A stretch of 64,000 nucleotides of DNA from Vermamoeba vermiformis (Eukaryota). The stretch spans positions 248,001 through 312,000 of the forward strand of contig JBEWZL010000202.1 of the NCBI GenBank assembly GCA_045837725.1. Reading direction: 5' to 3'. The translations under genes were made by a program, and so were the position numbers. This document shows, one piece after another, positions 62,601 through 64,000 of this stretch; within the stretch, counting starts at the first letter, position 1; every line of letters begins with the position of its first letter. The notes under the pieces were generated by a model. That model did no database searches. It had not been told where the DNA came from and saw only the letters and a program-made list of their open reading frames with translations.

Positions 62601-64000
62601 CTTGACGTCGGCGTCGGTCTTGATCTTGGCATCGCCACCAAGACCAACTTTGACGTCAGCTTTGGGCTCTTTGACTTTCACATCAGCATCGGCCTTGACC
62701 TTGGCATCACCACCGAGACCAACCTTGATGTCGGCCTTGGGTTCCTTGACCTTGACGTCGGCATCAGTCTTGACCTTGATGTCAGCATCGGCCTTGACTT
62801 TAACGTCAGCGTCGGCTTTGATCTTGACTTCGCCTTCAGCTTTGGGTTTCTTGCCACCAATCTTGGGAAGCTTGAACTTCTTCTTATCTTTGTCTCCACT
62901 CGAAGAAGACGATGAGGACGAAGATGATGATGAGGAGTCGTCGAGACCACCAATCTTGGGACCCTTGACTTTGAGGCTGCCATCTCCCTTGATCTTGGCA
63001 TCGCCACCCAAACCAACCTTGACGTCAGCTTTGGGTTCTTTGACTTTCACATCAGCATCGGCCTTGACCTTGGCATCGCCACCGAGACCAACCCTGATGT
63101 CGGCCTTGGGTTCCTTGACCTTGATGTCGGCGTCGGCCTTGACTTTTACGTCAGCGTCAGCTTTGACCTTAGCGTCGCCACCCAAGCCAACTTTAATGTC
63201 AGCTTTAGGTTCCTTGACCTTGACGTCGGCATCGGCCTTGACCTTGGCATCACCACCCAAACCAACCTTGACGTCAGCCTTGGGTTCGTGAACCTTGACG
63301 TCAGCATCGGCCTTGACTTTGGCATCGCCGCCTAAGCCAACCTTGATGTCGCCACCGGCCTTGATCTTGGCGTCGCCACCCAAGCCAACCTTGACGTCGG
63401 CTTTGGGCTCTTTGACTTTCACATCAGCGTCAGCCTTGACCTTAGCATCGCCACCCAAGCCAACCTTGACGTCTGCTTTGGGCTCTTTGACTTTCACGTC
63501 GCCACCAAGACCAACCTTAACGTCAGCCTTGGGCTCTTTGACCTTGACGTCGGCATCGGCCTTGACCTTGGCATCGCCGCCTAAGCCAACCTTGATGTCG
63601 CCACCGGCCTTGATCTTGGCATCGCCTGAAGCTTTGGCTTTCTTGTCTTTGTCGCTTGATGAAGACGATGAGGAAGAGGATGAGGAAGATGATGAAGACG
63701 AAGAGTCCGAACGATCACGACCACCTCCAAGACCAACTTTTACTTTAGGGGCCTTTACTTTGACGTCAGCGTCAGCTTTGACCTTGGCATCACCACCGAG
63801 ACCGACCTTGACATCGGCTTTAGGCTCGTGAACCTTGACGTCAGCATCGGCCTTGACTTTGGCATCGCCACCGAGACCAACCTTGATGTCGCCGCCAGTC
63901 TTGATCTTGGCATCGCCACCAAGACCGACCTTAATGTCAGCCTTGGGCTCGTGAACCTTGACGTCAGCATCGGCCTTGACCTTGGCATCACCACCCAAAC
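56606..64000 (-). CDS. Giant low-complexity AHNAK-like repeat protein with poly-Ser tracts (5'-truncated, >2440 aa)
   Basis: Uninterrupted ORF of about 7.3 kb with synonymous variation between repeats; units KVKADADVKVxEPKADVKVGLGGDA, 10x Sn-G(E/D)-(G)KDKKKFK(F/L)PKIGGKKPK, 3x KWRLPHQK. The natural-looking end lies in a shifted frame (stop at 56606). Confidence 0.9.
56620..64000. repeat. Degenerate coding tandem-repeat array (hierarchical 6-aa, ~25-aa and ~110-170-aa units)
   Basis: Recurring + strand words such as ccttgaccttggcatc, gccaccaatcttggg and aacttgaacttcttcttgtc throughout. Confidence 0.95.

Noticed and set aside
57058-63831. Long + strand ORFs (up to 611 aa) and alternate-frame - strand ORFs over the giant repeat gene
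   Set aside because: Shadows of a repetitive, codon-biased sense ORF; variation between repeats is largely synonymous in the main - frame.
1-64000. Prokaryotic systems (CRISPR, operons, IS elements), tRNA/rRNA, alternative genetic code
   Set aside because: No spacer-repeat arrays, transposase or RT motifs, or cloverleafs seen; genes are spliced and translate with the standard code.

Overview
This is eukaryotic nuclear DNA: gene-dense, with many short AT-rich GT-AG introns and CTAA-type branch points. The gene content (amoebozoan-style Clu-domain protein, Thg1-like protein, class I myosin, several orphan 7TM proteins) suggests a free-living amoeba (Amoebozoa), which is inference. I can support about 28 protein-coding genes; exon structures were assembled by eye, so some ends are approximate. 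Housekeeping genes include a Ca2+/cation exchanger, DDX27, XYLB, an mL44-like protein, myosin I, MTMR14 and a P450. Highlights: (1) a Thg1-like 3'-5' polymerase whose catalytic RLDG motif can only be built through a non-canonical AT-AG intron, with a strong hairpin in its next intron; (2) an F-box protein with giant-virus-style ankyrin repeats; (3) a secreted actinobacterial-type LAS/M15-like Zn peptidase and an intronless ISP-like subtilase, both candidates for bacterial gene transfer; (4) an SH3-less myosin I head-to-head with an OSTF1-like ankyrin protein with an acidic tail; (5) a >2400-aa AHNAK-like repeat protein with dehydrin-like Ser tracts; (6) an apparent excess of RGATCY in introns; (7) a candidate H/ACA-like RNA. 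I recognised no rRNA, tRNA, CRISPR array or transposon.
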